64,000 nt of DNA. It comes from Clostridia bacterium. Its GTDB lineage: Bacteria > Bacillota > Clostridia > Christensenellales > UBA1242. The DNA is taken from the NCBI GenBank assembly GCA_045588915.1, contig JAZNFA010000008.1, forward strand, positions 139,744 to 203,743, read 5' to 3'. Below are positions 1-9,722 of this stretch, in pieces. The stretch's first letter is position 1. The number at the start of each line of letters is the position of its first letter. The translations under genes and the position numbers were made by a program. A model generated the notes under the pieces. The model made no database searches. It was not told the DNA's origin and saw only the letters and a list, made by a program, of their open reading frames with translations.

Positions 1-887
<887 letters not shown>

Positions 888-901
888 GAAGGAGAAGGAA
901 A

Positions 902-3900
902 ATGTTTGAATTAAATAATTTTGAAAGTTTGAAGATTAGTATTGCTAGCCCTGACAAAATCAGAGAATGGAGTCACGGCGAGGTTACAAAACCTGAAACG
1001 ATTAACTATCGTACACAAAAACCTGAAAAAGATGGTTTGTTCTGCGAACGTATTTTCGGTCCCAAAAAAGACTGGCAATGTTCTTGTGGTAAATATAAAT
1101 TAATTCGCTATAAAGGAACTGTTTGTGATAAATGTGGTGTTGAAGTTACCCGTTCAATTGTTCGTCGTGAACGTATGGGACATATTGAGTTAGCTGCTCC
1201 TGTTGTTCACATTTGGTATTTCAAAGGTATTATGTCAAAGATTGGTACCTTGTTAAATATGACCATTAAAAATTTGGAACAAGTTATTTATTTTGTTTCT
1301 TTCGTTGTTACCGATCCAGGTAAAACAACATTGTCTTATGGTCAAATTTTATCAGACCGTGAATTACACGAAGCATGGGAAAAGTTTGGTACTGATTCTT
1401 TCAAATCAGGTATGGGTGCTGAAGCAATTAAAACAATGTTAGCATCACTTGATTTAGATAAAGAAATTAAAGAATGTAACGAAATTATTGCAAAAGGTAA
1501 GGGTGCTAAACGTGAAAAAGCAATTAAACGTTTAGACTTACTTGAATCATTTAAAAATAGTGGCAATCGTCCAGAATGGATGGTTTTAGATGTCTTGCCT
1601 GTTACTCCTCCAGAATTACGTCCAATGGTCCAAATTGATGGTGGTCGTTTTGCTACTACAGATGTTAATGATTTGTATCGTCGTGTTATTAACCGTAACA
1701 ATCGTTTGAAAAAATTGATTTCTTTAGGCGCACCTGAAGTTATTATTCGTAACGAAAAACGTATGTTGCAAGAAGCAGTTGATGCTTTGATTGATAATGG
1801 TCGTCGTGGTAAACCTGTTCAAGGTGCTAAAGGTCGCCCATTAAAATCATTGGCTGAAGGTTTACGTGGTAAACAAGGTCGTTTCCGTAATAACTTGTTA
1901 GGTAAACGTGTTGACTATTCAGGTCGTACCGTTATCGTTGTTGGTCCAGAATTGAAACATTATCAAGTTGGTTTACCAAAAGAAATGGCATTAGAACTTT
2001 TCAAACCATTCGTTATGAAGAAGTTGGTTGATATGGGCTTGGCTCATCACAGCCGTAGTGCAAAACGTTTGATTGAACGTGAAAAACCACAAGTTTGGGA
2101 TATTTTGGAAGAAATTGTTCGTGACCATCCTGTTTTGTTAAACCGTCAACCTACGTTGCATAAATTATCAATCCAAGCATTTGAACCTGTCTTAGTTGAT
2201 GGTCGTGCAATTCGTTTACATCCATTAGTTTGTACGGCATTCAACGCTGACTTCGACGGTGACCAAATGACCGTTCACGTTCCATTGTCTCCAGAAGCAC
2301 AAGCAGAAGCACGTGTTTTAATGTTAGCATCAAATAATATCTTGAAACCAAGTGATTCAAAATCTGTTGTTACTCCAACACAGGATATTATTTTGGGTTG
2401 CTACTATATGACTCAACAAATTGATGGTGCAAAAGGTGAAGGCAACGTTTATAAAGACGAAAACGAAGCTATTTACGCTTATAACATCGGTGAGTTGGAT
2501 TTGCATGCCAAAATTCAAGTTCGTCGTTCAAACTTTGAAATTGAAGGTAACCTTGACGAAGAAGAAGAATTTGGTCGTGTTGAAACAACCGTTGGTCGTA
2601 TCTTGTTTAACCAATGTTTCCCACAAGATATCGGTATTGTTGATCGTAGTAAACCAGAAAATAAATTTGCTTACGAAATTAACAAAGAAGTTGTTAAGAA
2701 AGACATCAATAATTTGATTGTTAAAATCTTTGAAACTCACGGTGCAACTGTAACCAGTGAATCAATCGATAAAATTAAAGCAGTTGGTTTCAAATATTCA
2801 ACTTTGGGATCAATTTCATTGTCAGTTTTCGATGCTACCATTCCTGCTGACCGTGAACAAATTATTAAAGACACCGAAGCTAAAGTTAAAAAGATTGAAA
2901 AAGCTTATGCCGAAGGTGAGTTGAGCCTTGATGAAAAATTAGACCGTAACATTGCGTTATGGAAAGATGCAACAGATCGTATTCAAGATGACGTTATTAA
3001 AGTATTGGATAAAACAAATCCAATTCGTATGATGGCAACATCTGGTGCTCGTGGTTCAAACAAACAGATTATGCAGTTGTCTGGTATGCGTGGTATTATT
3101 GCTAACGTTTCTGGACGTAAGGAAGACGTTCCAACCAAAGGTTGTTATCGTTTAGGCTTGTCCCCATTAGAATACTTCTTGTCATCTCGTGGTGGACGTA
3201 AAGGTTTGGCTGATACGGCGTTGAAAACATCTGACGCAGGTTACTTAACTCGTCGTTTGGTTGACGTTGCTCAAGATGTTATCATTACAGAAAAAGACTG
3301 TTTCGCAACCTTAGGTGAAAAACCAAAAGGTATGGTAATGACCGAATTGCGTATGGACGGTTACGTAAAACACTTGTCCAGCCGTATCAAAGGTCGTTAT
3401 GCAGTTCGTGATATTGTTGATCCAAATACCAAGAAAGTATTGGTTGCTGCTGACACAATGATTACTGACCAAATGGCTGATTACATTGAAGCAATTGGTA
3501 TTAAAGAAGTTGAAATCCGTAGCGTATTGACCTGTAAATGCAAACACGGTATTTGTGCAAAATGTTACGGCCGTGATATGAGTGGTCACGAATTGGTTAG
3601 CGTTGGTGAACCAGTTGGTGTTATCGCAGCTCAATCTATTGGTGAACCAGGTACCCAGTTAACCATGCGTACCAAACACAGTGGTGGTATTGCTGTTTCG
3701 AACATTACCGAAGGTTTACCACGTGTTGAAGAAATTTTGGAAGCACGTGTACCAAAGGGTGTTGCGTTGGTTAGTGACGTTGGTGGAACGGTTACAGCTG
3801 TTAACCAAGTTGAAAAACGTGTTGAAGTAATTATTAAGACAACCGAAGGTAAGGAAGTACCATACTTAATTCCAGCAAGTATGAAAGTTATTGTTAAGAA

Positions 3901-4429
3901 AGGTGATGTTGTTGAACCAGGTTCAGCTTTGACCGAAGGTGTCTTCAATCCTCACGATATCTTACGTAACAAAGGTATTAAAGCCGTTCAAGATTACCTT
4001 ATTACTGAAATTATCAAAGTTTATAAGACTCAAGATATTTCAATTAACAATAAACACTTGGAAATTATCGTACGTCAAATGTTGAAGAAAGTTAAAATTG
4101 AAGACGCTGGCGATACTGACTTCCAAATTGGTTCAGTTGTTAATGTTATCGAATTTGAACACAAGAACTTGTTGGCAATCAATGACGGTAAACGTCCAGC
4201 TCGTGCAACCCGTGTCTTATTGTCAATTACGAAAGCAGCTTTACGTACCGACAGCTTCTTGTCAGCTGCATCCTTCCAAGAAACCAGCTCAGTCTTGGTT
4301 GATGCTGCCGTTAAAAACAAAGTTGACTACTTACAAGGTCTTAAAGAAAACGTTATCTTTGGTAAGTTGATTCCAGCTGGTACCGGTATGAAATTTTATC
4401 AAAATGTAGGGTATAAAAATGTTAAGTAA
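902..4429 (+). CDS. rpoC: DNA-directed RNA polymerase subunit beta'
   Basis: 1175 aa. N-terminal zinc motif [14 protein letters not shown], catalytic [23 protein letters not shown] 3-14 nt upstream of the ATG. Confidence 0.98.
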   Translation: MFELNNFESLKISIASPDKIREWSHGEVTKPETINYRTQKPEKDGLFCERIFGPKKDWQCSCGKYKLIRYKGTVCDKCGVEVTRSIVRRERMGHIELAAPVVHIWYFKGIMSKIGTLLNMTIKNLEQVIYFVSFVVTDPGKTTLSYGQILSDRELHEAWEKFGTDSFKSGMGAEAIKTMLASLDLDKEIKECNEIIAKGKGAKREKAIKRLDLLESFKNSGNRPEWMVLDVLPVTPPELRPMVQIDGGRFATTDVNDLYRRVINRNNRLKKLISLGAPEVIIRNEKRMLQEAVDALIDNGRRGKPVQGAKGRPLKSLAEGLRGKQGRFRNNLLGKRVDYSGRTVIVVGPELKHYQVGLPKEMALELFKPFVMKKLVDMGLAHHSRSAKRLIEREKPQVWDILEEIVRDHPVLLNRQPTLHKLSIQAFEPVLVDGRAIRLHPLVCTAFNADFDGDQMTVHVPLSPEAQAEARVLMLASNNILKPSDSKSVVTPTQDIILGCYYMTQQIDGAKGEGNVYKDENEAIYAYNIGELDLHAKIQVRRSNFEIEGNLDEEEEFGRVETTVGRILFNQCFPQDIGIVDRSKPENKFAYEINKEVVKKDINNLIVKIFETHGATVTSESIDKIKAVGFKYSTLGSISLSVFDATIPADREQIIKDTEAKVKKIEKAYAEGELSLDEKLDRNIALWKDATDRIQDDVIKVLDKTNPIRMMATSGARGSNKQIMQLSGMRGIIANVSGRKEDVPTKGCYRLGLSPLEYFLSSRGGRKGLADTALKTSDAGYLTRRLVDVAQDVIITEKDCFATLGEKPKGMVMTELRMDGYVKHLSSRIKGRYAVRDIVDPNTKKVLVAADTMITDQMADYIEAIGIKEVEIRSVLTCKCKHGICAKCYGRDMSGHELVSVGEPVGVIAAQSIGEPGTQLTMRTKHSGGIAVSNITEGLPRVEEILEARVPKGVALVSDVGGTVTAVNQVEKRVEVIIKTTEGKEVPYLIPASMKVIVKKGDVVEPGSALTEGVFNPHDILRNKGIKAVQDYLITEIIKVYKTQDISINNKHLEIIVRQMLKKVKIEDAGDTDFQIGSVVNVIEFEHKNLLAINDGKRPARATRVLLSITKAALRTDSFLSAASFQETSSVLVDAAVKNKVDYLQGLKENVIFGKLIPAGTGMKFYQNVGYKNVK

Positions 4430-4754
4430 TATGAATAATTTATTTTTAGCACCATCAAATATGCCGAAGTGGGTTGGCGACAGTTTCCCCATCATCCAAG
4501 GTATTATTATCGGCTTGATTAGTTTGCTCAGCATTATTATGATTGTGGCGATTCTGGTATCGCCACCGGATGCGGGTACAGGTACAAATGCGATTACCGG
4601 CGCAAGTGAAAGTTACTATACCAAGAACCGTAATAAAAATAATCTTGGTCGTATCCGTAATTTGATTATTATTTGTGCTGTAACAATTGCGATTTTGACA
4701 GTTGTATTCTTCGTAATGTTCGGTATCTTCAATATGTCCGGTACTGCAGCGTAA
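4419..4754 (+). CDS. secG: Probable preprotein translocase subunit SecG (start uncertain: 4419, 4431 or 4461)
   Basis: Two TM helices separated by a Gly/Thr-rich loop ([21 protein letters not shown]), the usual SecG layout. Family assignment rests on pattern only. Confidence 0.5.
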   Translation: MLSNMNNLFLAPSNMPKWVGDSFPIIQGIIIGLISLLSIIMIVAILVSPPDAGTGTNAITGASESYYTKNRNKNNLGRIRNLIIICAVTIAILTVVFFVMFGIFNMSGTAA

Positions 4755-4770
4755 TCAAGAAAACACCATA

Positions 4771-4799
4771 AAAAGAGTTGGTCGATGCCAGCTTTTTTT
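4771..4799 (+). terminator. Rho-independent terminator candidate after secG
   Basis: Hairpin AGTTGG-N6-CCAGCT (one G-U pair), flanked by an A-run and followed by T7. Confidence 0.5.
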
Positions 4800-4835
4800 A
4801 TTTGCTTTTTTTTATTTGCTTTTTTTTTTATTTTC
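4800..4835. repeat. Tandem ATTTGC(T)n units containing T8 and T10 homopolymers
   Basis: Read directly: ATTTGC-T8 (4800-4813), ATTTGC-T10 (4814-4829), then ATTTTC. Sits about 66 nt upstream of the ATG at 4895. Confidence 0.9.
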
Positions 4836-4844
4836 ACTCATACT
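4816..4844 (+). promoter_or_regulatory. Candidate promoter TTGCTT-N17-CATACT with the T10 tract inside the spacer
   Basis: Weak hexamers. The position is equivalent to the better-matching promoter candidate upstream of the paralog at 29341. Confidence 0.25.
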
Positions 4845-4845
4845 T

Positions 4846-4950
4846 TAAGTGGTAGTACCACATACTAAAGGTGGAACTATTGTAAGGAGAACAAATGAAT
4901 AATAAATTATTTCGTATTTTAATCTTATTTATTTCAGTTTGCATAGCTTC
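4846..4950 (+). repeat. Conserved 5' cassette (leader, SD and first ~56 nt of CDS), shared with 29290-29396
   Basis: CCACATACTAA...AAGGAGAACAAATGAATAATAAATTATTTCGTATTTTAATCTTATTTATTTC is near-identical at both loci. The first 41 nt of the CDS are identical. Confidence 0.85.
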
Positions 4951-7168
4951 AATATCAACATTGCTAGCATTTAATTTTGGTTTATCAAATTCTGGTTTGA
5001 TGAATAAAAATAGTGATTTAAATAATGAAAAAGAAGATTTATCTAATGAGGCTGATTCACTGAAAGATGTACTAGAGGATTTACAAGATACAATAGTTTT
5101 AAGTCCAAATTTAGCAGTGGTGTCTTATGAAGTGAATGGTGAAATTTGGGACATTAATATGGTGGAAAAGAATAGTCTTATTACACTTCCAACTGGTCCA
5201 AATGTTGGAACCTGTTATTTTAATGGTTGGAAAGTTAATGGTGAAGGTAACACATTAAATAATGTTACCCAAATTACCCAAAATACTAAATTTGTTGCTG
5301 ATATGGTAGAGGCTGATTGGATAGGTGTTGAGCCTTTTAAGTATTTGGCTACTATAAACAGTATCAGTGGTGGTAATATTTGGACGGATGGCACCAACAC
5401 CTATTATTCAGCTGATAACAATCAATATATCTTAAAGGAAAACGACACCTGGGAACCGATAACCTGGAATGGCTGGGGTGAATACGTGTCATTTTATAGT
5501 GATGGTATTTGGACGGATGGCACCAACACATATTATTCGTATGATAACGCCCAATATAAATATATAAAAGCAAACAACATCTGGGAATTGATAACCTGGA
5601 ATGGTTTGTCGCCATATCGTGGTGATTATATTTGGACGGATGGCACCAACACATATTATTCAAGTAGTGGCAGTCAATATATCCTAAAAGCAAACGACAC
5701 CTGGGAACCGATAACCTGGAATGGTTTGACTCCATCTTATGGTAATCGTATTTGGACGGATGGCACCAACACCTATTATTCTTATGGTAGTGATCAATAT
5801 ATCCTAAAAGCAAACAACACCTGGGAACCGATAGCCTGGAATGACTTGACGTCATTTGATGGTCGTTATATTTGGACGGATGGCACCAATACATATTATT
5901 CAAGTGGTAGCAGTCAATATATCTTAAAAGCAAACAACACCTGGGAACCGATGAATTGGTTTACATGGAAACCTTACCATTTTTCTACATCAGGTGGTTT
6001 TGCTCCTGTTCGTGAATTTAATGGCAATTTATATGTAGAAAACTATATTTTGACCGAAAATAATACTTTAGAATCATCTCCTAACAATTTTTCTGTTAAT
6101 TGTGTTTGGACGGATGGCACCAACACCTATTATTCGTGTGGTTACGATCAATATATCTTAAACAAAGAAACCAACACCTGGGAACCGATAACCTGGAATG
6201 GTTTGACGTCAATTGATGTTTATTATATTTGGACGGATGGCACCAACACCTATTATTCGTATGGTGACGAACAATATATCTTAAAAGCAAACAACACCTG
6301 GGAACCGATAACCTGGAATGGTTTGACGTCATTTTATAACAATATTTGGACGGATGGCACCAACACCTATTATTCGTATAATAACGACCAATATATCTTA
6401 AAAGAAAACAACACCTGGAAAAATGTAAGCTGGTCCTATTTTGGAAGTCATACTCTTTACGGTTATGATGTGTGGATGAAAGATGGTTTCGTATATTACT
6501 CATCTGGCAGCAGTCAATATAAGCTGTATGACAAAGAAAAAAGAATTTGGCTTGAAGTAACCTGGAATGGTTTGACGTCGTTTGCTGGTCGTTATATTTG
6601 GACGGATGGCACCAACACCTATTATTCAGCTGATAACAATCAATATATCCTAAAGGAAAACGACACCTGGGAACCGATAACCTGGAATGGTTTGACGTCA
6701 TTTGCTGGTAATTATATTTGGACGGATGGCACCAACACCTATTATTCGTATTATAACAACCAATATATCTTAAAAGCAAACAACACCTGGGAACCAATAA
6801 CCTGGAATGTTTTGAATCCAACTTTAGGTGCTTATATTTGGACGGATGGCACCAACACCTATTATTCGGATTATAACAGTCAATATATCTTAAAAGCAAA
6901 CAACACCTGGGAACCGATAAACTGGAATGGCTTGACGTCATTTTATGGTAATGGTATTTGGACGGATGGCACCAACACCTATTATTCGGATTATAACAGT
7001 CAATATATCTTAAAAGAAAACAACACCTGGTTAGCCAAAGAATTTATTTTCCGTGAATCTGATGGTTCACTAAGAAAAGCAATGGTTTATGGTTCTTGTG
7101 TTTGGTCAGATGGTACAAACTTTTATTATTCGTACGGTAGCGAACAATATGTGTATGTAAAAAAATAA
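4895..7168 (+). CDS. Membrane-anchored surface repeat protein: signal anchor, coiled coil, one Listeria/Bacteroides-type (InlB B-repeat-like) module, then about 15 copies of a 40-aa WTDGTNTYYS repeat
   Basis: SD AAGGAGA 6 nt before the ATG. N-terminal hydrophobic anchor FRILILFISVCIASISTLLAF. Module YEVNGEIW..YFNGWKVNGEG..TKFVADM. 14 clear and 1 degenerate repeat units. Confidence 0.9.
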   Translation: MNNKLFRILILFISVCIASISTLLAFNFGLSNSGLMNKNSDLNNEKEDLSNEADSLKDVLEDLQDTIVLSPNLAVVSYEVNGEIWDINMVEKNSLITLPTGPNVGTCYFNGWKVNGEGNTLNNVTQITQNTKFVADMVEADWIGVEPFKYLATINSISGGNIWTDGTNTYYSADNNQYILKENDTWEPITWNGWGEYVSFYSDGIWTDGTNTYYSYDNAQYKYIKANNIWELITWNGLSPYRGDYIWTDGTNTYYSSSGSQYILKANDTWEPITWNGLTPSYGNRIWTDGTNTYYSYGSDQYILKANNTWEPIAWNDLTSFDGRYIWTDGTNTYYSSGSSQYILKANNTWEPMNWFTWKPYHFSTSGGFAPVREFNGNLYVENYILTENNTLESSPNNFSVNCVWTDGTNTYYSCGYDQYILNKETNTWEPITWNGLTSIDVYYIWTDGTNTYYSYGDEQYILKANNTWEPITWNGLTSFYNNIWTDGTNTYYSYNNDQYILKENNTWKNVSWSYFGSHTLYGYDVWMKDGFVYYSSGSSQYKLYDKEKRIWLEVTWNGLTSFAGRYIWTDGTNTYYSADNNQYILKENDTWEPITWNGLTSFAGNYIWTDGTNTYYSYYNNQYILKANNTWEPITWNVLNPTLGAYIWTDGTNTYYSDYNSQYILKANNTWEPINWNGLTSFYGNGIWTDGTNTYYSDYNSQYILKENNTWLAKEFIFRESDGSLRKAMVYGSCVWSDGTNFYYSYGSEQYVYVKK
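5381..7140 (+). repeat. In-frame tandem DNA repeats, period 117-129 bp
   Basis: TGGACGGATGGCACCAA recurs at 5381, 5510, 5633, 5753, 5873, 6107, 6230, 6347, 6599, 6719, 6839 and 6959. Diverged copies lie near 6470 and 7100. Many units share 30+ identical nt. Confidence 0.95.
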
Positions 7169-7189
7169 CAAACATTAAAAATGTTTTCA

Positions 7190-7218
7190 ACAGTGGCACA
7201 CAAGTCACTGTTTTTTTT
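7190..7218 (+). terminator. Rho-independent terminator after the repeat-protein gene
   Basis: ACAGTG-N10-CACTGT followed by T8. A second small hairpin AAACAT-TAAAA-ATGTTT at 7170-7186 could serve the convergent rnr. Confidence 0.65.
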
Positions 7219-8923
7219 ATTTTTGTGGGTTGGCCGTGAATTCAATTTTGCATTTGTGCAAATTGACGCCGATGACGGTGACGTTGATGGGGTCGCCGAT
7301 ACGAATTTTAGATTTTTTGCCCAGCATTTGCATTGTACCATCGTGGTATAAATAGTTGTCATTTGGTAGATTTTCCGTACGTACCAAGCCTTCGGCTGTG
7401 TTTTCCGGAATGTAAACAAAAACTCCAAAATCGGTGATGCCGTTGACAATGCCGGCAAATGTTTCGCCAATGTGGGCTTGCATATATTCGGCACATTTCA
7501 AGTCGTCGACTTCACGTTCGGCTGCCACAGCGTCCAGTTCAGTTTGCGATGATTGGAGACTGGCTGCCGTTACAAATGCTTTTAATTGACCGATTTGCTG
7601 ATTGGTTAATTGATTATCTAAGTGCATTTTAATAATACGGTGAATCAATAAATCAGGGTAGCGACGAATTGGCGAAGTAAAGTGGCAATAATACGTTGCA
7701 CCTAGGGCAAAGTGTCCAACGCAATTTGGGTCATATTTGGCTTTTTGCATTGAACGTAATGCTAAACTGGAAATAATGATTTTTAAGTTTTCGTCGCTGA
7801 TATTATCGAGCATATTTTGGTATTGAAAGCCATTCACGTTTTCAAAATCAATTTGGTGTCTAATATTGAATGGTTTCATTGTGTTAATGAAACGAATAAC
7901 TTTAATTGGGTCTGGCTTTTCGTGAATACGATAAACGAAAGGTAAGTTTAATTTGTTACAATGTTCAGCAACCACTTCGTTTGCCATAATCATAAATGTT
8001 TCAATGATACGGTGGCTTAATTTATGTGGGCGTGAATAGACCGAAGCAATTTGACCTTTTTCATCCAAAACAATTTTAGGTTCTGGTACATTAAACGTAA
8101 TTTCACCACGTGCTTGACGATTTTGTTCATATTTTTGTGTGATAGCAGCCATTTTTAATAAAGTTTCACGGAATGTGTGGTTGGCTTTGCCATCTAAAAT
8201 ATCTTGAACTTCATCATAAGAAAAGCGTGTTTTTGTTTGAATCAATGTCTTTTTAATTTCATAGTTAACTATTTCAAAATTTTGATTCATTGTCATCATT
8301 ACTGACAAAGTTAATCGTGGTTCATTCGGATTTAAAGAACAAACACCATTTGAGAGTTCGGTCGGTAACATTGGAATGACACGGTCGGGGAAGTAGACGC
8401 TCGTGCCACGGCGATAGGCTTCTTGGTCAAGGGCACTGCCGGCTGTTACGTATTCAGAAACGTCGGCAATATGTACTCCTAACGTCATTGTGCCGTCAGG
8501 ATTATCGGTTAAACTTACAGCATCATCGAGGTCTCGGGCGTCAGCAGGGTCAATTGTGAAAGTTGGCAATTCACGCAGGTCAGTTCGGTTCAGCATACAT
8601 TTTTCAATATTTTTGGTTGCCACGTGTTTTGCTTCTTGAGATACAAGCGCAGGAAAGTCGAATGCTAACTTGTACTTTTTCATAATTTCTTCCACGGTCA
8701 TTGCACGTGTTTGGTGTGCAATCACTCGGACAATTTCAGCGTCTGGACGGCCACGAAATTTTTTCTTTTTGTAACGAACTTCAACAATGTCACCGTCAAC
8801 AGCTCCGTTTAAGTTTTCTTTGGCAATAAATATATCTTCTTCTTTATCAATAATATCTACAAAACCATAACCTTTTAAAGTTACAGTTAATTCTCCAGTT
8901 AGGCGATTTTCTATTTTGCTCAC
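7217..8923 (-). CDS. rnr: Ribonuclease R / RNase II family 3'-5' exoribonuclease
   Basis: N-terminal OB fold, RNB domain (TIDPADARDLDDAVS; HFALG..YCHFTSPIRRYPDLLIHR), C-terminal S1-like domain. Confidence 0.93.
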   Translation of the reverse strand: MSKIENRLTGELTVTLKGYGFVDIIDKEEDIFIAKENLNGAVDGDIVEVRYKKKKFRGRPDAEIVRVIAHQTRAMTVEEIMKKYKLAFDFPALVSQEAKHVATKNIEKCMLNRTDLRELPTFTIDPADARDLDDAVSLTDNPDGTMTLGVHIADVSEYVTAGSALDQEAYRRGTSVYFPDRVIPMLPTELSNGVCSLNPNEPRLTLSVMMTMNQNFEIVNYEIKKTLIQTKTRFSYDEVQDILDGKANHTFRETLLKMAAITQKYEQNRQARGEITFNVPEPKIVLDEKGQIASVYSRPHKLSHRIIETFMIMANEVVAEHCNKLNLPFVYRIHEKPDPIKVIRFINTMKPFNIRHQIDFENVNGFQYQNMLDNISDENLKIIISSLALRSMQKAKYDPNCVGHFALGATYYCHFTSPIRRYPDLLIHRIIKMHLDNQLTNQQIGQLKAFVTAASLQSSQTELDAVAAEREVDDLKCAEYMQAHIGETFAGIVNGITDFGVFVYIPENTAEGLVRTENLPNDNYLYHDGTMQMLGKKSKIRIGDPINVTVIGVNLHKCKIEFTANPQK

Positions 8924-8950
8924 AGCAAATTATAAGTGTATAATAAGAAT

Positions 8951-9679
8951 ATGTCAAATTTAACAACAAAAACACTTGGTAGTCGATTCTTGGATGCTTA
9001 CAATGCGATCGATAAAGCTTTACGTATTCAATACAACTATAAGACTACGATTTCATTCTCTGACTTGATTCGTCGCTGTGCCGATTTAAACCACGTTGTG
9101 CGTGGTTATGAAAATGATTTAATCAATTTTGCTCGTTTGCGTAATGCAATTGTTCACAGCAGTGATAATAACAGAGTTATTGCTGAGCCACATTTAGATG
9201 TTGTTGAACTTATGGAAAAAATTGCAACTTTAATTACGACACCTCCTTTGGTGGTTGAAGCTTTACGCTTACGTACAGTTGCTATAATTGATGCAACTCG
9301 TAGTCTGTATGACCTTATTAAAGAAACTGGTAAGACTGGGCATGGTATGATTCCTGCATACAAGGGTAATACTTTGGTTGGTATTGTGCGTTGGCGTAAA
9401 TTGATTGAAGATTTGGCTGGTATTTTAGATAAATGCGATTTAGACCAATTTATACGTCAAACTTCGATTGAAGATTATCTTCATATGTATCCACAATCGG
9501 GACATTACACTATTGTTGATAAGAACGTTACAATTGAACAAATTTTAACAATCTTTAATAATAATCGTAAAATTGCTGGTATTTTGATTACTCAAAATGG
9601 AACTGCTATGGAACCACCAGTATGTTTCTTAACCAATGCTGATATTATTGATTTAGTTAAAATCATTGAAACTTATTAA
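8951..9679 (+). CDS. HEPN-like (RNAIVH, Rx4H) N-terminal domain fused to a CBS-domain pair
   Basis: N-terminal helical region ends in FARLRNAIVHS. The C-terminal half has two CBS-like units (..GMIPAYKGNTLVGIVRWRKL.. and ..AGILITQNGTAMEPPVCFLTNADIIDL..). Alternative GTG start at 8936. Confidence 0.6.
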   Translation: MSNLTTKTLGSRFLDAYNAIDKALRIQYNYKTTISFSDLIRRCADLNHVVRGYENDLINFARLRNAIVHSSDNNRVIAEPHLDVVELMEKIATLITTPPLVVEALRLRTVAIIDATRSLYDLIKETGKTGHGMIPAYKGNTLVGIVRWRKLIEDLAGILDKCDLDQFIRQTSIEDYLHMYPQSGHYTIVDKNVTIEQILTIFNNNRKIAGILITQNGTAMEPPVCFLTNADIIDLVKIIETY

Positions 9680-9722
9680 AAATCATGTTAATTTATATTT
9701 GAGATTAAAAGGAATTTTTTTA

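Noticed and set aside
1342-4534. Several 60-120-aa ORFs in alternative frames or antisense within rpoC (for example 1342-1701, 3311-3634, 3631-3948)
   Set aside because: They are embedded in a gene identified with very high confidence, are low-complexity with no start context, and are typical shadow ORFs.
5364-6941. Two long minus-strand ORFs (189 aa and 281 aa) inside the repeat-protein gene
   Set aside because: They are mirror images of the tandem repeats: a periodic Cys/His/Arg/Ser-rich translation with no SD. They lie fully antisense to a plus-strand gene that has a strong SD, a signal anchor and a coherent domain architecture.
9680-9722. T-box or other leader upstream of ileS (and likewise alaS at 54715-54728 and dapA at 35918-35980)
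   Set aside because: The intergenic spaces (14-63 nt) are too short for T-box or L-box elements, and no specifier or T-box sequence is visible.
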